Below are positions 48,119-58,334 of a stretch of 64,000 nucleotides of DNA, piece by piece. The notes beneath the pieces were generated by a model. It had not been told where the DNA came from. It ran no database searches and worked only from the letters and a program-made list of their open reading frames with translations. Each line of letters opens with the position of its first letter. Within the stretch, counting starts at the first letter, position 1. The stretch is from a virus, in IMG/VR virus record IMGVR_UViG_3300028840_002691, positions 1-64,000 of that record. One strand, given 5' to 3'. A program made the position numbers and the translations under genes.

Positions 48119-49447
48119 ATGAAACAACTCATACTCGCAATCGGGCTGGTGCTGGTGCTGGCGTGTTCGGCCAACTCAACAACATATTATGTTGATGAAA
48201 CACAAGCACTTGAGCAGGTTATAGCTAATCTTGTCTCTGGCGATCATGTGCTGTTTAAGCGTGGGGATAGATGGGCTGGGCAGGTTGAGGTTCCTTGCTC
48301 CAATCTTACATTCGGCTCTTATGGAGTAGGCCCAAAACCCATCATTGACGGTGAAAACAACATCAACTGGATATTCAAGATTGTTGATGTATCAGACATT
48401 ACGATTGACGGCCTTGAGTTGATGAATGTTGATAGTCCCACTCAGTCTGGAAATCTTATCTATGTGGGTGCCTTTAAGTTTACTCGGTCTTCTAACAATA
48501 TTCACCTAAAGAACCTCACTCTTCATGGCGCTAAGACCCGTGGCATCGCTCTCATGGGTTACAGTGAAACAGATTATGCTGACGGCATAGTGATTGAGAA
48601 TTGCGAGATATACGATATCGGTGATTGGGGAGATACTGCCGCTGCTGATATTTGTATCATGCACCATGTCAGGGCGGTAACGATTAGAAATTGTCTGCTC
48701 TACGGGAACGCTCTTGATAGAGGCGTAGATGGTATAACATTTGATATGACACAGGCTTCTGGGCATCTGATTGAAAACAACCATATCTGGGGCCATGAAG
48801 AAAACGAGCTGGACTTCAAGTGGGTATTTGAGGCTGGGAATGAGGGCAGGACACAGGTTGTCAACAACCATTTGAGCAACACTAAGAATACGACAATAGT
48901 TATCCACCGTGGCTCAAACGGGATTGATTTTGTTGGTAATCGGCTTTCGGGAGCCAATCTTGGCGTTGCTATTATAAACCATGACAGTCCTGCCTACGAA
49001 TACTGTGATGGTCAAGAGGGAGACATCTTGTTTGAGTGCAATATCGTCACCAACATGCTTCGCTCACCATTCTTTGACACTGGCCTGACGGCTGGTGGTA
49101 ATAGGCTTTACAACAATATCTTTGCCAACAACGGTACCCAATACAATCCTACGTCTTGGTATGTGAATATCAACTCGCCTAACTGGACTGTTCGAGGCAA
49201 TGCCTTTTACAAGAATGGTCAGGGAAGAGTGGATGCTGGCAAGATGGCTTATCAGGTATGGTGTAGAGTCGATGAGGGTTTAGTAATGTCAAATAACCTG
49301 TACTGGCACCCGAACGAACAAACTGGACAAGGTGTGATTCGTCACAGTGGCGTAAGAACTTTGGCCTGGATGCAGGACAATACACCGTTCTGCGCTGGCT
49401 CTGTTGAGGCCAATCCCGCCTTTGTTGGTTGTGTTTTAGGAGAGTGA
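48119..49447 (+). CDS. Right-handed beta-helix (pectin-lyase-like) protein with signal peptide
   Basis: LFKRGD, GSYG.G.KPIIDG, repeated IENC/IRNC/IENN. Confidence 0.8.
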   Translation: MKQLILAIGLVLVLACSANSTTYYVDETQALEQVIANLVSGDHVLFKRGDRWAGQVEVPCSNLTFGSYGVGPKPIIDGENNINWIFKIVDVSDITIDGLELMNVDSPTQSGNLIYVGAFKFTRSSNNIHLKNLTLHGAKTRGIALMGYSETDYADGIVIENCEIYDIGDWGDTAAADICIMHHVRAVTIRNCLLYGNALDRGVDGITFDMTQASGHLIENNHIWGHEENELDFKWVFEAGNEGRTQVVNNHLSNTKNTTIVIHRGSNGIDFVGNRLSGANLGVAIINHDSPAYEYCDGQEGDILFECNIVTNMLRSPFFDTGLTAGGNRLYNNIFANNGTQYNPTSWYVNINSPNWTVRGNAFYKNGQGRVDAGKMAYQVWCRVDEGLVMSNNLYWHPNEQTGQGVIRHSGVRTLAWMQDNTPFCAGSVEANPAFVGCVLGE

Positions 49448-49449
49448 AC

Positions 49450-50508
49450 ATGCTAAAGAAACTCGGTTTGATCTTACTATTGCTGCTCTTGCCAGCTTTT
49501 TGCTCTGCTGCTGATAAAACTGTTGGATCGGCTGGTGCGGACTACACACAGGTTGGAACGGCCCTTACGAGTCATGCTTTTATGCCTGGGGATACAATTA
49601 CGCTTATTACAGACGTAACTGAGGCGAATAAGTGTCTTTGGGGAAATATGGACGACGGGGCAGCCGGGGTCTACGTTACTCTCGATCTAAATAGTTACAC
49701 TTGGGACATGACGGCAGCCGATGATTATATACTGGGACTGGCTGCTACAACCTACACAAGGATAAAAGGGCCTGGAACAGTTAAAACCACTGCCTCCACG
49801 AATGGCGCAATAGAAATAAGTGGGGGTAATAACATTATTATTGAAAACTGCACGATAGAGTACGTTGCTGGTGACTGGAGCGATTCCGGCATTAGGCTTC
49901 GGGCTTCTGCCGATACAACCACTATACAAAGAGTAATCTTTACTAGCCTGACTGCGGATAGTGGTGTTGGGGTGTTTGTAAGAGATGACTCAAACAATAC
50001 CACAGTTAAGTATTGTCTTTTCAATAATTGCTCCAGGGGTGTTTATTTCTACGACGTTGACGGAGTGAATCCCCCAACCGGTTTGTTTCTTTACAACAAT
50101 ACACTTTACGATTATGATTTGGCTGGTCTTTGGATAGACGCCAACACGGATGCGTCTGAGGTTACTGCTCGGAATAATATTTTTTACGGCGACGGCTCCT
50201 GTAACGGCGTTGATGATGATGGAGCAAATGAAGCTGATCTCAACTACAATTGCTACTACAACAACGCGACTGATGTGGCTGGATCAAGCTCGGTTGGCGG
50301 AAACGGTTTAGCGAACACCGATCCACTTATGGTTGATCCCGCAAACGGCAACTACCGCTTGCAGGCGTTGTCACCGTGCAGGGATAATGGTGACGCCACG
50401 CTAGGTTTAACCAGCGACATCACAGGCCGACTTGTGCCACTAGGCTCTGCTCCAGACATAGGAGCGTATGAGTACATGAAGCCGAGATGGTGGAGGTTCT
50501 GGAGATAA
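49450..50508 (+). CDS. Right-handed beta-helix protein with signal peptide
   Basis: YNNT, RNNIF, DPLMVDPANGNYRLQALSPC..PDIGAYE; KPRWWRFWR tail. Confidence 0.8.
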   Translation: MLKKLGLILLLLLLPAFCSAADKTVGSAGADYTQVGTALTSHAFMPGDTITLITDVTEANKCLWGNMDDGAAGVYVTLDLNSYTWDMTAADDYILGLAATTYTRIKGPGTVKTTASTNGAIEISGGNNIIIENCTIEYVAGDWSDSGIRLRASADTTTIQRVIFTSLTADSGVGVFVRDDSNNTTVKYCLFNNCSRGVYFYDVDGVNPPTGLFLYNNTLYDYDLAGLWIDANTDASEVTARNNIFYGDGSCNGVDDDGANEADLNYNCYYNNATDVAGSSSVGGNGLANTDPLMVDPANGNYRLQALSPCRDNGDATLGLTSDITGRLVPLGSAPDIGAYEYMKPRWWRFWR

Positions 50509-50534
50509 ATGAATGCAAATAGGAGAACATAATC

Positions 50535-50858
50535 ATGGCTGTAACAGCAGTTTGCAACGCTAACGTTATTCACGTTACAAATCTCAATGCGGATTGGGCC
50601 TGGTCTACGACCTTGCCAGCGAGAGGCAGTGGAATACGGGTAGAGAGCATACAGTTTAACCCGACTGCCGCCTCTGATAGGTGTGTTATGCTGGATGGGG
50701 CCAGTGGTACCACCATAATGGATGTCACCTGCGCTGATACAACCGATTCCAGGGTGAAGTATTTCTATGGGCAGAAGTTGAGGCCTGTTTTTGACTTCTC
50801 GCAGAGCGTTATCAGTGGCACTTCCACCGACGGTCACATTATCATCATGACGAGGTAA
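50535..50858 (+). CDS. Small putative virion protein
   Basis: AGGAG RBS, beta-rich, head module, SGTT and SGTS. Confidence 0.6.
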   Translation: MAVTAVCNANVIHVTNLNADWAWSTTLPARGSGIRVESIQFNPTAASDRCVMLDGASGTTIMDVTCADTTDSRVKYFYGQKLRPVFDFSQSVISGTSTDGHIIIMTR

Positions 50859-50888
50859 GGCAGCTGGTGATTCTGTTGAAAGGGCTAA

Positions 50889-51947
50889 ATGGCAAAGACA
50901 GCGAATGAGATCTTTAGGGACTGGCTCTTACGTCACTCACACTACTTGGGCAGGGTTGAAAATGGGGCAATCCGCGAGATGGTTGCTCCGTACCAGCGAG
51001 CGAGGCAGGAGATATATGACAGGCTGGCAGATCAAGCAAAATGGACAGGCAGGACACGAGAATGGAGAATAGCACGGCTCAATGCTCAGCTTGCGGAGGT
51101 GGAGGGTGCTCTGCAGGCTGCGGCGCTGGACTCGGCTGGCTCACTGCAGCAGACTCTGAGGGAGCTGGCCTATACGGAGGCCGACCTGCAGGCTGCGATG
51201 CTTGCTGGGCCATTTGGACGGGTGGGGGTGGATATCGTCAGCCTGCCCTATGCGCAAATAGAGCAGATACTGGACGAACCGTTGATATACCAATACAGGG
51301 GCATGACTCCAGCAGACAGTATGCTCTGGGGCAACAAGAAGGCTGTTGACGCTATGAGGCAGGAGCTGACACAGGCTGTTATTTCTGGGGAGGATATGGC
51401 TAGGGCTTCTAAAAGACTTGTGAACCCACTGACTGCAACTATGAAAGGTGTTGCCTACGAACAAATAGCACGGAGGGCGACGATAATAGCACGCTCTGAG
51501 ATAATGCACGTGAGTAACTCGGTGTCCAGAAGGGTCTTTAACGAGAACCAGGACGTCATGAAGGGCTGCATGTACACAGCCACTCTTGACAGGAGGACTT
51601 GTTTGATCTGCGCTTCTGACGATGGTCGGTTCTTTCCATACAAGGACGGCATCGATCACGAAGGTCCACTTTTGCCTAGGCATCCGCTGTGTCGGTGCTG
51701 TTACAGCCCCGTGACTAAATCCTGGACTGAACTCGGCGCAGACGCTAAAACTCAGACAGGCAAGGATTACTTCTCAGGCAAGAGGCCAGAGGTGATCACC
51801 TACAGTGACTGGCTGAAGAAGCAGCCTGATGATGTGCTGAAGGAGATACTTGGGCCTGCAAGAATGAAGCTCTGGAAGGAAGGCAAGATCACTCTTTCCA
51901 AGATGGCTACTGACAAGAAAGTGATTGCTGTAAAGGATTTGAAATAA
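50889..51947 (+). CDS. Head morphogenesis protein (SPP1 gp7 / Mu gpF family)
   Basis: IARSE, ATLDRRTCLICASDDG, PRHPLCRC, TYSDWLKKQ. Confidence 0.9.
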   Translation: MAKTANEIFRDWLLRHSHYLGRVENGAIREMVAPYQRARQEIYDRLADQAKWTGRTREWRIARLNAQLAEVEGALQAAALDSAGSLQQTLRELAYTEADLQAAMLAGPFGRVGVDIVSLPYAQIEQILDEPLIYQYRGMTPADSMLWGNKKAVDAMRQELTQAVISGEDMARASKRLVNPLTATMKGVAYEQIARRATIIARSEIMHVSNSVSRRVFNENQDVMKGCMYTATLDRRTCLICASDDGRFFPYKDGIDHEGPLLPRHPLCRCCYSPVTKSWTELGADAKTQTGKDYFSGKRPEVITYSDWLKKQPDDVLKEILGPARMKLWKEGKITLSKMATDKKVIAVKDLK

Positions 51948-51979
51948 TGCCAGTCCACACAGGAAAAGACAACAATTAA

Positions 51980-52885
51980 ATGATTAAAAAGAAAAAATAT
52001 CGTAAACTCAAAATGAGACTTTGCCAATGTGGATGCGGCCAAGCTTGCTATAATAGATTTGTCAAAGGTCATGCAAATAAAGGTAAAAAATTTTCCAAGC
52101 TACATAAAGATAGAATAGCTATCTCTCATAAGAAAAGATCCAAAGAAACAAGTAGACGTGTAAAAGCTCAATGGGAGGATGATAATTATAGAAGTAGAAT
52201 TTGTAAATCTATGAGTATTTATGCTCAAAATAGATCTAATCACCATAAATTTAATTTACAAAAATCTATTTCGACAGAGGAATGTAAAAATAAACAATCT
52301 ATTGAGGCTAAAAGACGGTGGAAAGATCCTGATTATCGGAATAGAGTGTCTTTAGGGGTATCACAATCTGTTAAAAAAAATTGGGATGATAATCCTGACA
52401 GGAAAATTAAAACTAGCAGAAGGATGAAAGAACTGTGGGCTGATCCAGATAGTATTTATAATTCAGATTGGTTTCATAATATGAATTCTAAGAAAGTAAC
52501 TAATTTGTATATTGAAGGTAAACTTTGCAAAGTTGGCAAAGGTAAATCAGGCTATTTCTTTTCCAAAAAGAACAATAAAAAACTTTGGTATAGATCTTCT
52601 TACGAATTAATAGCTTATGAATTGTTAGAACAATTATCTAAAGTGAAAAGTTATGAAGTAGAACCATTTAGTATTCAATATGAATGGAAAAATTCAATCC
52701 ATAGAACTATACCAGATATTTTGGTTACTTATATTGATAATAGTAAGGAATTAATTGAAGTTAAACCACGTTTTAAATTTGATATTAAGAAAGAACAGAT
52801 TAAATTAAATGCTATGAAAGAATATGCAGAAAATCAAGATTGGTCTTTTTCTATATGGTCTGAAAAGGAATTAGATGCCGGTTGA
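51980..52885 (+). CDS. Free-standing homing-endonuclease-like gene (NUMOD-like repeats + TnsA-N-like PD-(D/E)xK domain)
   Basis: CQCGCG..FVKGH, W.D..YR repeats, YRSSYE, PDILV..LIEVKP; markedly AT-rich. Confidence 0.8.
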   Translation: MIKKKKYRKLKMRLCQCGCGQACYNRFVKGHANKGKKFSKLHKDRIAISHKKRSKETSRRVKAQWEDDNYRSRICKSMSIYAQNRSNHHKFNLQKSISTEECKNKQSIEAKRRWKDPDYRNRVSLGVSQSVKKNWDDNPDRKIKTSRRMKELWADPDSIYNSDWFHNMNSKKVTNLYIEGKLCKVGKGKSGYFFSKKNNKKLWYRSSYELIAYELLEQLSKVKSYEVEPFSIQYEWKNSIHRTIPDILVTYIDNSKELIEVKPRFKFDIKKEQIKLNAMKEYAENQDWSFSIWSEKELDAG

Positions 52886-53381
52886 GGTTGGTAATGATAG
52901 TAGGGGATGTTTTGCAAGATGGGGTAATAGCGGGAAGAAGTACTACTACTCATGCGGCAACACAGCAGCCATGGACAAGGCCAAGCAAAAGGCTCATATA
53001 CAGGGTGCAGCAATAGGAAAGGAAACAATGAAGGAAGCTGAACTCAAAGAAGCAGAACTTGAACTCACAGCGGAAGGCTATCTGGTTGAGGCCACAAGGC
53101 CACAGGACAAGCCAGGTGGCTCCAGTGTGGGCAAGTACAAAGGGGTGAAGACATTTTGTGGGCCAGCCGGAGGAGCACCAAAGGGCAGCTTTCCGGTGAA
53201 TACTCGTAAACGAGCGGTCGCGGCATTGGCCTATGCACGCAACGCTCCCAACCCAGCAGGCATAAAGGCTTGCGTCTGTAGGCACTATCCGGATCTGCCT
53301 GCCTGCAAGAAGAAGGCAACGGCTAGTGAGAAACCTGATCTAATCGTGGAGGCAATAAGCAGAGGGAACTGGAATGGCTAA
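52875..53381 (+). CDS. Head-module hypothetical protein
   Basis: RWGNSGKKYYY..QGAAI; FCGP..SFPV..AALAYA. Confidence 0.65.
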   Translation: MPVEVGNDSRGCFARWGNSGKKYYYSCGNTAAMDKAKQKAHIQGAAIGKETMKEAELKEAELELTAEGYLVEATRPQDKPGGSSVGKYKGVKTFCGPAGGAPKGSFPVNTRKRAVAALAYARNAPNPAGIKACVCRHYPDLPACKKKATASEKPDLIVEAISRGNWNG

Positions 53382-53819
53382 GTGCTTATGCAGTTATGGT
53401 TGTGGTAGGGTTGGAAGATATTTGTTCAAGAATGGCAAATGGTGTTGTGAGAAAAATGCTGCACAGTGTCCAGTTTCACCGAGGAGCACCAACATAAAAT
53501 GAGAAAGGCATTTTCACTTAAACCGAACAAACCAGAAAGGAAGTTAAATCGGATCTTACAAAAAATGTTTCCAAATGAGTATAGATATGTTGGTGACTTC
53601 CAATTTTTTCTTGGTGGGAAGAACCCAGACTTTATGAATATAAACGGACAGAAAAAGTTGATTGAAGTTTTTGGCGATTATTGGCACAGAAATGATAATC
53701 CTGAAGACAGGATAAATCATTTCAAAAAATATGGCTTTAGCACTTTGGTTATTTGGCAAAGAGAATTAGAGAATAAGGAACATTTGGTGAAAACTTTAAC
53801 TGAATTTCATAAGAGGTAA
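53374..53819 (+). pseudogene. Split/frameshifted Vsr(DUF559)-like homing endonuclease
   Basis: 53374-53502 MAKCLCSYGCG..KWCC..QCP in one frame; PNKPE..PDF..IEVFGDYWH..VIWQRE in another. Confidence 0.65.
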
Positions 53820-53824
53820 GGGGA

Positions 53825-55225
53825 ATGGATAAAAAAGTTTTACAAACAAGGGAGATGACTGAGGAAGTAGAAGCCCCTTTTTCTGCTGTAACTGAAGCAG
53901 GTATAGATACTGATAACCACATGCTTAGCGGTGTGTGTATTTTTGGGACTAAAAAGAGCAAAAACAATCGTATCTATACAAACAAAGCAGTAGAATCTCT
54001 GGCTTCTCTTACAGAGGGAGCAAAATGTTATGTTGACCATCCTACACATGACGAGTTAAAGCAGCGGGACGGAACTCGTTCGATTAAGGACTGGATCGGT
54101 GTGTTTGAATCTTCTAGAAGGCAGGGAGACAAAGTTTTTGCAAACCTTCGCTGTAGAGAAGCATATTTCGATCTCCTTAAGGACGTTGCGTTACTCCAGC
54201 CTAAAGGCGTCGGAATGAGTATTAATGCTCGTGTAAAGGTTTTTGCTGATGAAAAGGGCATGGAAAGTGTTGAAGATATTGATTTTTTGAAGTCGGCAGA
54301 TTTAGTTTCGTCAGCGGCCTGCACATCTTCTATCTGGGAGGGTCTACAAGAAAAAGTAGAAGAAGAGAACAATAAACCTGAACAAAGGGAACGTCTTGTC
54401 ATTGTGCCCGAGGCAGTGGAGCGGAACGTTGAGTTGCTCTTCGTGCAGGAGGGCATCATACAGGACAAGTTGAACAATGACAAAATCAGAAGCGAGATAA
54501 ACGATATCGCTTACACGGCCAACAGGCTCATAGAAAATATCGTTTACGACGAGAAGCTCTCAATCACTGACAAGAAGAAGAAGGTGATCGCAGTGTTTGA
54601 CGACCTGAGCAAGGAAGTCAAGAAGAGGGTTTCTGGAATCAAGGAGTCTAAGGACTACTACGAAGAGGAGGATGAAGAGATGGATCTAAATAAACTGAAG
54701 ACTGAACATCAGGACCTTGTCGAGGCAATCATCGCTGAGTACAAGGAGACCGAAGAGGTCAAGAGCATGAAAGCTGATCTCTCCGAGGCCCAGGATCAAC
54801 TGAAGGCCAAGGACGAGACCATTGAAACACAAACCAAACAGATCGAGGAGCTCAAGAAAGAGAACACCGATCTGAAGACTCGTATGGACGAGATTGAGCT
54901 TCAGGAGAAGGTCTCCGAGAAGAAAGATCTCATGAACCGCCTCATCAAGGAAGCACAGCTCAAGGACGAGTATGTGTCCGACATCTTCATGGCTAACCTT
55001 ATGGCCCTGGAGGAGTACAAGAACGATGAGGAAGAGGCTGTTACGGTCGAAGAGCAGGCCAAGGCCATGATCACCGACCGCAAGCAGCTGGCCGAGAGCG
55101 GCTCCGGCAAGGTCAAGGGCTCAGGTGACGAATTCACAGAGGGGAACGAGGACGAAAAAGAGAAAGCCCAAAAGGTCACCGAGCAGGATGTGGATGACTT
55201 TGCTGGCAAGATCAACAAACGCTAA
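53825..55225 (+). CDS. Prohead protease-scaffold fusion
   Basis: SKNNRIY, YVDHP, GMSINA, SADLV, then acidic coiled coil; upstream of capsid genes. Confidence 0.8.
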   Translation: MDKKVLQTREMTEEVEAPFSAVTEAGIDTDNHMLSGVCIFGTKKSKNNRIYTNKAVESLASLTEGAKCYVDHPTHDELKQRDGTRSIKDWIGVFESSRRQGDKVFANLRCREAYFDLLKDVALLQPKGVGMSINARVKVFADEKGMESVEDIDFLKSADLVSSAACTSSIWEGLQEKVEEENNKPEQRERLVIVPEAVERNVELLFVQEGIIQDKLNNDKIRSEINDIAYTANRLIENIVYDEKLSITDKKKKVIAVFDDLSKEVKKRVSGIKESKDYYEEEDEEMDLNKLKTEHQDLVEAIIAEYKETEEVKSMKADLSEAQDQLKAKDETIETQTKQIEELKKENTDLKTRMDEIELQEKVSEKKDLMNRLIKEAQLKDEYVSDIFMANLMALEEYKNDEEEAVTVEEQAKAMITDRKQLAESGSGKVKGSGDEFTEGNEDEKEKAQKVTEQDVDDFAGKINKR

Positions 55226-55246
55226 ACCACACTGGATAGATACTCT

Positions 55247-55309
55247 CTTAATAGGGGATACTATCTCTGTTATTCGGTATCGTGGTTTAAGTGATTCTAT
55301 TCTAGGAGG
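55247..55309 (+). promoter_or_regulatory. Conserved leader (hairpin + 33-nt block + RBS), copy 1
   Basis: gtatcgtggtttaagtgattctattctaggagg at 55277-55309 is identical to 55937-55969. Confidence 0.6.
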
Positions 55310-55324
55310 TTGAAAGAAACGACT

Positions 55325-55891
55325 ATGTCAGGAAACAACAGACATCTCAGAGGAGATGTAAACGCTATCAAGATGCCCGTCCACGGCGCTACGGTTGTGG
55401 AGCCTGGGGATTTGCTGGTCTACGGTGGCGATACAAACATCTGGACCGCTCACAGCGACTCCAGGGCCGACTACTATGCGTATCCGGTCAGCGGCATCAC
55501 CGGCTCAGCTGGTATGGGCGGCACGGGAACGCTTTGCATCGCTAAGAACCATTTCTGCGGCATTGCCCTGTCAGGTTCGAAGAGTGGCACCACAGAGGAC
55601 ATCACGGTGGCTCTTACGGGTACGTTCCGCTATCCGCTGCGCAACATACCAGGCAAGGACGGCTCCAAGACCTGCGGCACCACAGTGGGGCTGAAGGTAT
55701 CGATGGTGACTCCGGCCTCCGTCACGGTGGCTGGGCCTTCGGACCAGGCTGTGTGCATCGCTACTCACAGCGGCACCAGTGCCTACATCGGCTACTGCAT
55801 TATGAACAGCAGCGGCGGTGGCACAAAGGGTGGTACCAGCTATGTGGACTTCGTGCTGAAGAGCAAGTGGGGTCTTGGGCTGGCTACCTAA
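55325..55891 (+). CDS. Capsid decoration/cement-like protein, paralog 1
   Basis: GATVVEPGDL, G/S/T-rich, between scaffold and MCP. Confidence 0.7.
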   Translation: MSGNNRHLRGDVNAIKMPVHGATVVEPGDLLVYGGDTNIWTAHSDSRADYYAYPVSGITGSAGMGGTGTLCIAKNHFCGIALSGSKSGTTEDITVALTGTFRYPLRNIPGKDGSKTCGTTVGLKVSMVTPASVTVAGPSDQAVCIATHSGTSAYIGYCIMNSSGGGTKGGTSYVDFVLKSKWGLGLAT

Positions 55892-55907
55892 GCAGTGAAG
55901 AATAGGT

Positions 55908-55969
55908 ACTTAATAGGAGATGCTTTTTCTATTCAAGTATCGTGGTTTAAGTGATTCTATTCTAGGAGG
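55908..55969 (+). promoter_or_regulatory. Conserved leader, copy 2
   Basis: Same hairpin position and identical 33-nt block. Confidence 0.6.
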
Positions 55970-55977
55970 AAAAGAAA

Positions 55978-56565
55978 ATGTCAGGAAACAACCGATATCT
56001 CAAAGGAGATATCAATTCAATTAAGCTACCAGTCCACGGAGCCACTGTGGTGGAACCTGGTGACTTGCTTATATTGGGAGCTACTACGGAGACCCAACAG
56101 CACCGTAAAGCAGAGGGTGTGGCTGATTACTATGCGTATCCGTTCAGCGGTGTCACCCGTGAAACTGGTGAGGGAGTCATCCGACTCTGTAAGAACTGGT
56201 TCATCGGTGTGGCGATGAGCGGCTCGGCAAGTGGCACTACCAATGAGGTTACAGTGGCCACTTCGGGCATGTTCCGCTATCCGCTGCGTAACATTACTGC
56301 CAAAGAGGGTGCTTTGACCTGCGGCACAACGGTTGGCTACATAGTCAGTGCTGCTACGCCTACGGCTTCCACAACGAGTGGCTGTTCGGCGCAGGCGGTA
56401 ATGATCCAAGGCCATGGCGGGGCGTCGGCTGCTGTTGATGGTGGTTCTACTGCCTTCTTAGGCTACTGTGTGATCACCAAGCCAGCAGGCACCAAGACTG
56501 GCGGCGCAAGCTATGTGGACTTCACTATCAGGACCAAGTACGGGCCTGGAGGACTGGTAACGTAA
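55978..56565 (+). CDS. Capsid decoration/cement-like protein, paralog 2
   Basis: MSGNNR..PVHGATVVEPGDL..ADYYAYP..FRYPLRNI shared with paralog 1. Confidence 0.7.
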   Translation: MSGNNRYLKGDINSIKLPVHGATVVEPGDLLILGATTETQQHRKAEGVADYYAYPFSGVTRETGEGVIRLCKNWFIGVAMSGSASGTTNEVTVATSGMFRYPLRNITAKEGALTCGTTVGYIVSAATPTASTTSGCSAQAVMIQGHGGASAAVDGGSTAFLGYCVITKPAGTKTGGASYVDFTIRTKYGPGGLVT

Positions 56566-56569
56566 GAAG

Positions 56570-57088
56570 ATGGCTAATGTTCAACGCTGGGACCACGGAG
56601 CAAAGCATGTAATTCACGTCACTGTGAAAAGTGGCACCACCGTGGAGACGGGGGACTTGATGTTCCTGGATGACACTGACGGTCTGCGTGAGGAGGGCGC
56701 TTCCACAGCAGACTTCAGCGCTTACCCTATGGAGCACCTGAGGCCGTCGGCAACTCTCAGCACAAACAAAGGCTACCTGGAAACGCGCTTTCTGGGTGTG
56801 GCATTGACCGACAAAGACGGTGGCACCAACAAGCCGCAGGAGGCAATGGCTATCGCCACGGGAGGTATTTTTGAGTTTGACCTCAAGCCAGCAAGAACTG
56901 TGAAGGTGGGTTACTATGCTGGGCCGTCGGGTACGACGAGCGGGTCAAACATGTTCAACCAGAAGATGATGGTTGAAGCAGAAGCAAATAAAGCCCACTG
57001 TTATGGATATTTCGTTGAGTACAAGACCCATGCCCAATCGGCTTTGGTCGAAATAAAAACGCAACATGGGGATGGGATGATATCGTAA
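56570..57088 (+). CDS. Capsid decoration/cement-like protein, paralog 3 (divergent)
   Basis: TVETGDL, ADFSAYP, FLGVAL, ATGGIFEF. Confidence 0.7.
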   Translation: MANVQRWDHGAKHVIHVTVKSGTTVETGDLMFLDDTDGLREEGASTADFSAYPMEHLRPSATLSTNKGYLETRFLGVALTDKDGGTNKPQEAMAIATGGIFEFDLKPARTVKVGYYAGPSGTTSGSNMFNQKMMVEAEANKAHCYGYFVEYKTHAQSALVEIKTQHGDGMIS

Positions 57089-57106
57089 CAAGGAGGGTAT
57101 AGAACA

Positions 57107-58183
57107 ATGGCACTAAATCCTACAGGTTCTCCGATCAAGGAGCTTGTGGAATCGAAAGGGGCGCAAGGTGCTCAGGAAGTGATCCGCGAGGGTCTGAAGC
57201 AGAAGAAGTTCCAGCCGGAGCACTTCTCACTTCAAGAGATCTGGGAAGCCACCTGCGGGCCTGTGAGTCAAATACAGGAGCAAGTGGTTGCGGACTCCTT
57301 TCCGAAGATCACCGGAGAGCTTATCAACGCAAAGATCATCGCTGGCTACGACAGCGTGGCGATGATTGGCGACCAGCTCTGCACCACGGTTCCAAGCAAG
57401 CTGAAGACCGAGACCGTAGCAGGCTTTACGGATGCTGAGGTTCCGGACTTCATTCCTGAAGCCGGAGAGTACAACGACTCCACAGTGACAGAGAAATACG
57501 TCACCATGCGCAATAAAAAGTATGGGAAGTTGATCTCCATCACCGAGGAGATGATCCTCTTCGATCAGTCTGGTCAGGTGATGACCAGAGCGCAGAGGAT
57601 CGGCGAGAAGGCAGCGCAGTACAGAGAGAAGACCATAGTGGAGGGCGTTCAGGACATCAACAGCTCAGTCTGGAACCCATCCGGCGTGGCTACGGCTTTC
57701 TACAGCGCCACCAACGGCAACCTCGCCACCAGCAACGCTTTCAATGAAGGCGGGCTGGAAGCCGTGCGCAAGCTGATGCAGCAGATGAAGGACGACTCCG
57801 AGCACAGCGACAGCAACGACTACATCCTCATCAACGAGGCCAACATGATCCTGTTGGTTCCTGTGGATCTGGAGCTTGAGGCGTGGCAGATGGTTAACTC
57901 TACTCTGACGCCCGAGTCGGCTGAGAATGCGTCCAACTTTTTCCGTGGGCGGTATCGGGTGCTGACCAGTCCTTACGTCACAAACCAAAGCGCCACCACG
58001 TGGTTCCTGGGCGACTTTAGGCAGGACTTCTGGTGGAGCGAGGTATGGCCGCTGCAGACATTTTCACGCGCGGCTGGCAACAGCGACGAGTTCAAGCGAG
58101 ACATCAAGAGCATGCACAAGGTCCGCTACTATGGCACGATCGGTGCCGTGGACGTAAGGCATAGCTTCAAATCTACTGCTTAA
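57107..58183 (+). CDS. Major capsid protein (HK97 fold, Mu gpT-like)
   Basis: FPKI, EAGEY, KYGKLISITEEMILFD, LLVP..L, SPY, WFLGD. Confidence 0.88.
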   Translation: MALNPTGSPIKELVESKGAQGAQEVIREGLKQKKFQPEHFSLQEIWEATCGPVSQIQEQVVADSFPKITGELINAKIIAGYDSVAMIGDQLCTTVPSKLKTETVAGFTDAEVPDFIPEAGEYNDSTVTEKYVTMRNKKYGKLISITEEMILFDQSGQVMTRAQRIGEKAAQYREKTIVEGVQDINSSVWNPSGVATAFYSATNGNLATSNAFNEGGLEAVRKLMQQMKDDSEHSDSNDYILINEANMILLVPVDLELEAWQMVNSTLTPESAENASNFFRGRYRVLTSPYVTNQSATTWFLGDFRQDFWWSEVWPLQTFSRAAGNSDEFKRDIKSMHKVRYYGTIGAVDVRHSFKSTA

Positions 58184-58334
58184 TCTCGTGTAGCTGTGTG
58201 TTACACGTAGGCAAGAGAGATAGGGAGGAGTTTTGTAGCCGGAACTTCACTCTGTGCGGCTGGGCTTCTTCTCCTTCCTAGTCTTTCTTTACAGCAATTA
58301 GAAGAAGACAACATAGCACGAGGAGGACTATATT

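Noticed and set aside
50102-50110. Self-target of array spacer cactttacg
   Set aside because: The 9-mer matches, but neither flank matches spacer B or its reverse complement; a lone 9-mer match is unremarkable in 64 kb.
58184-58300. Distinct ncRNA after the major capsid gene
   Set aside because: Imperfect hairpins exist but are adequately explained as a terminator or mRNA stability element.
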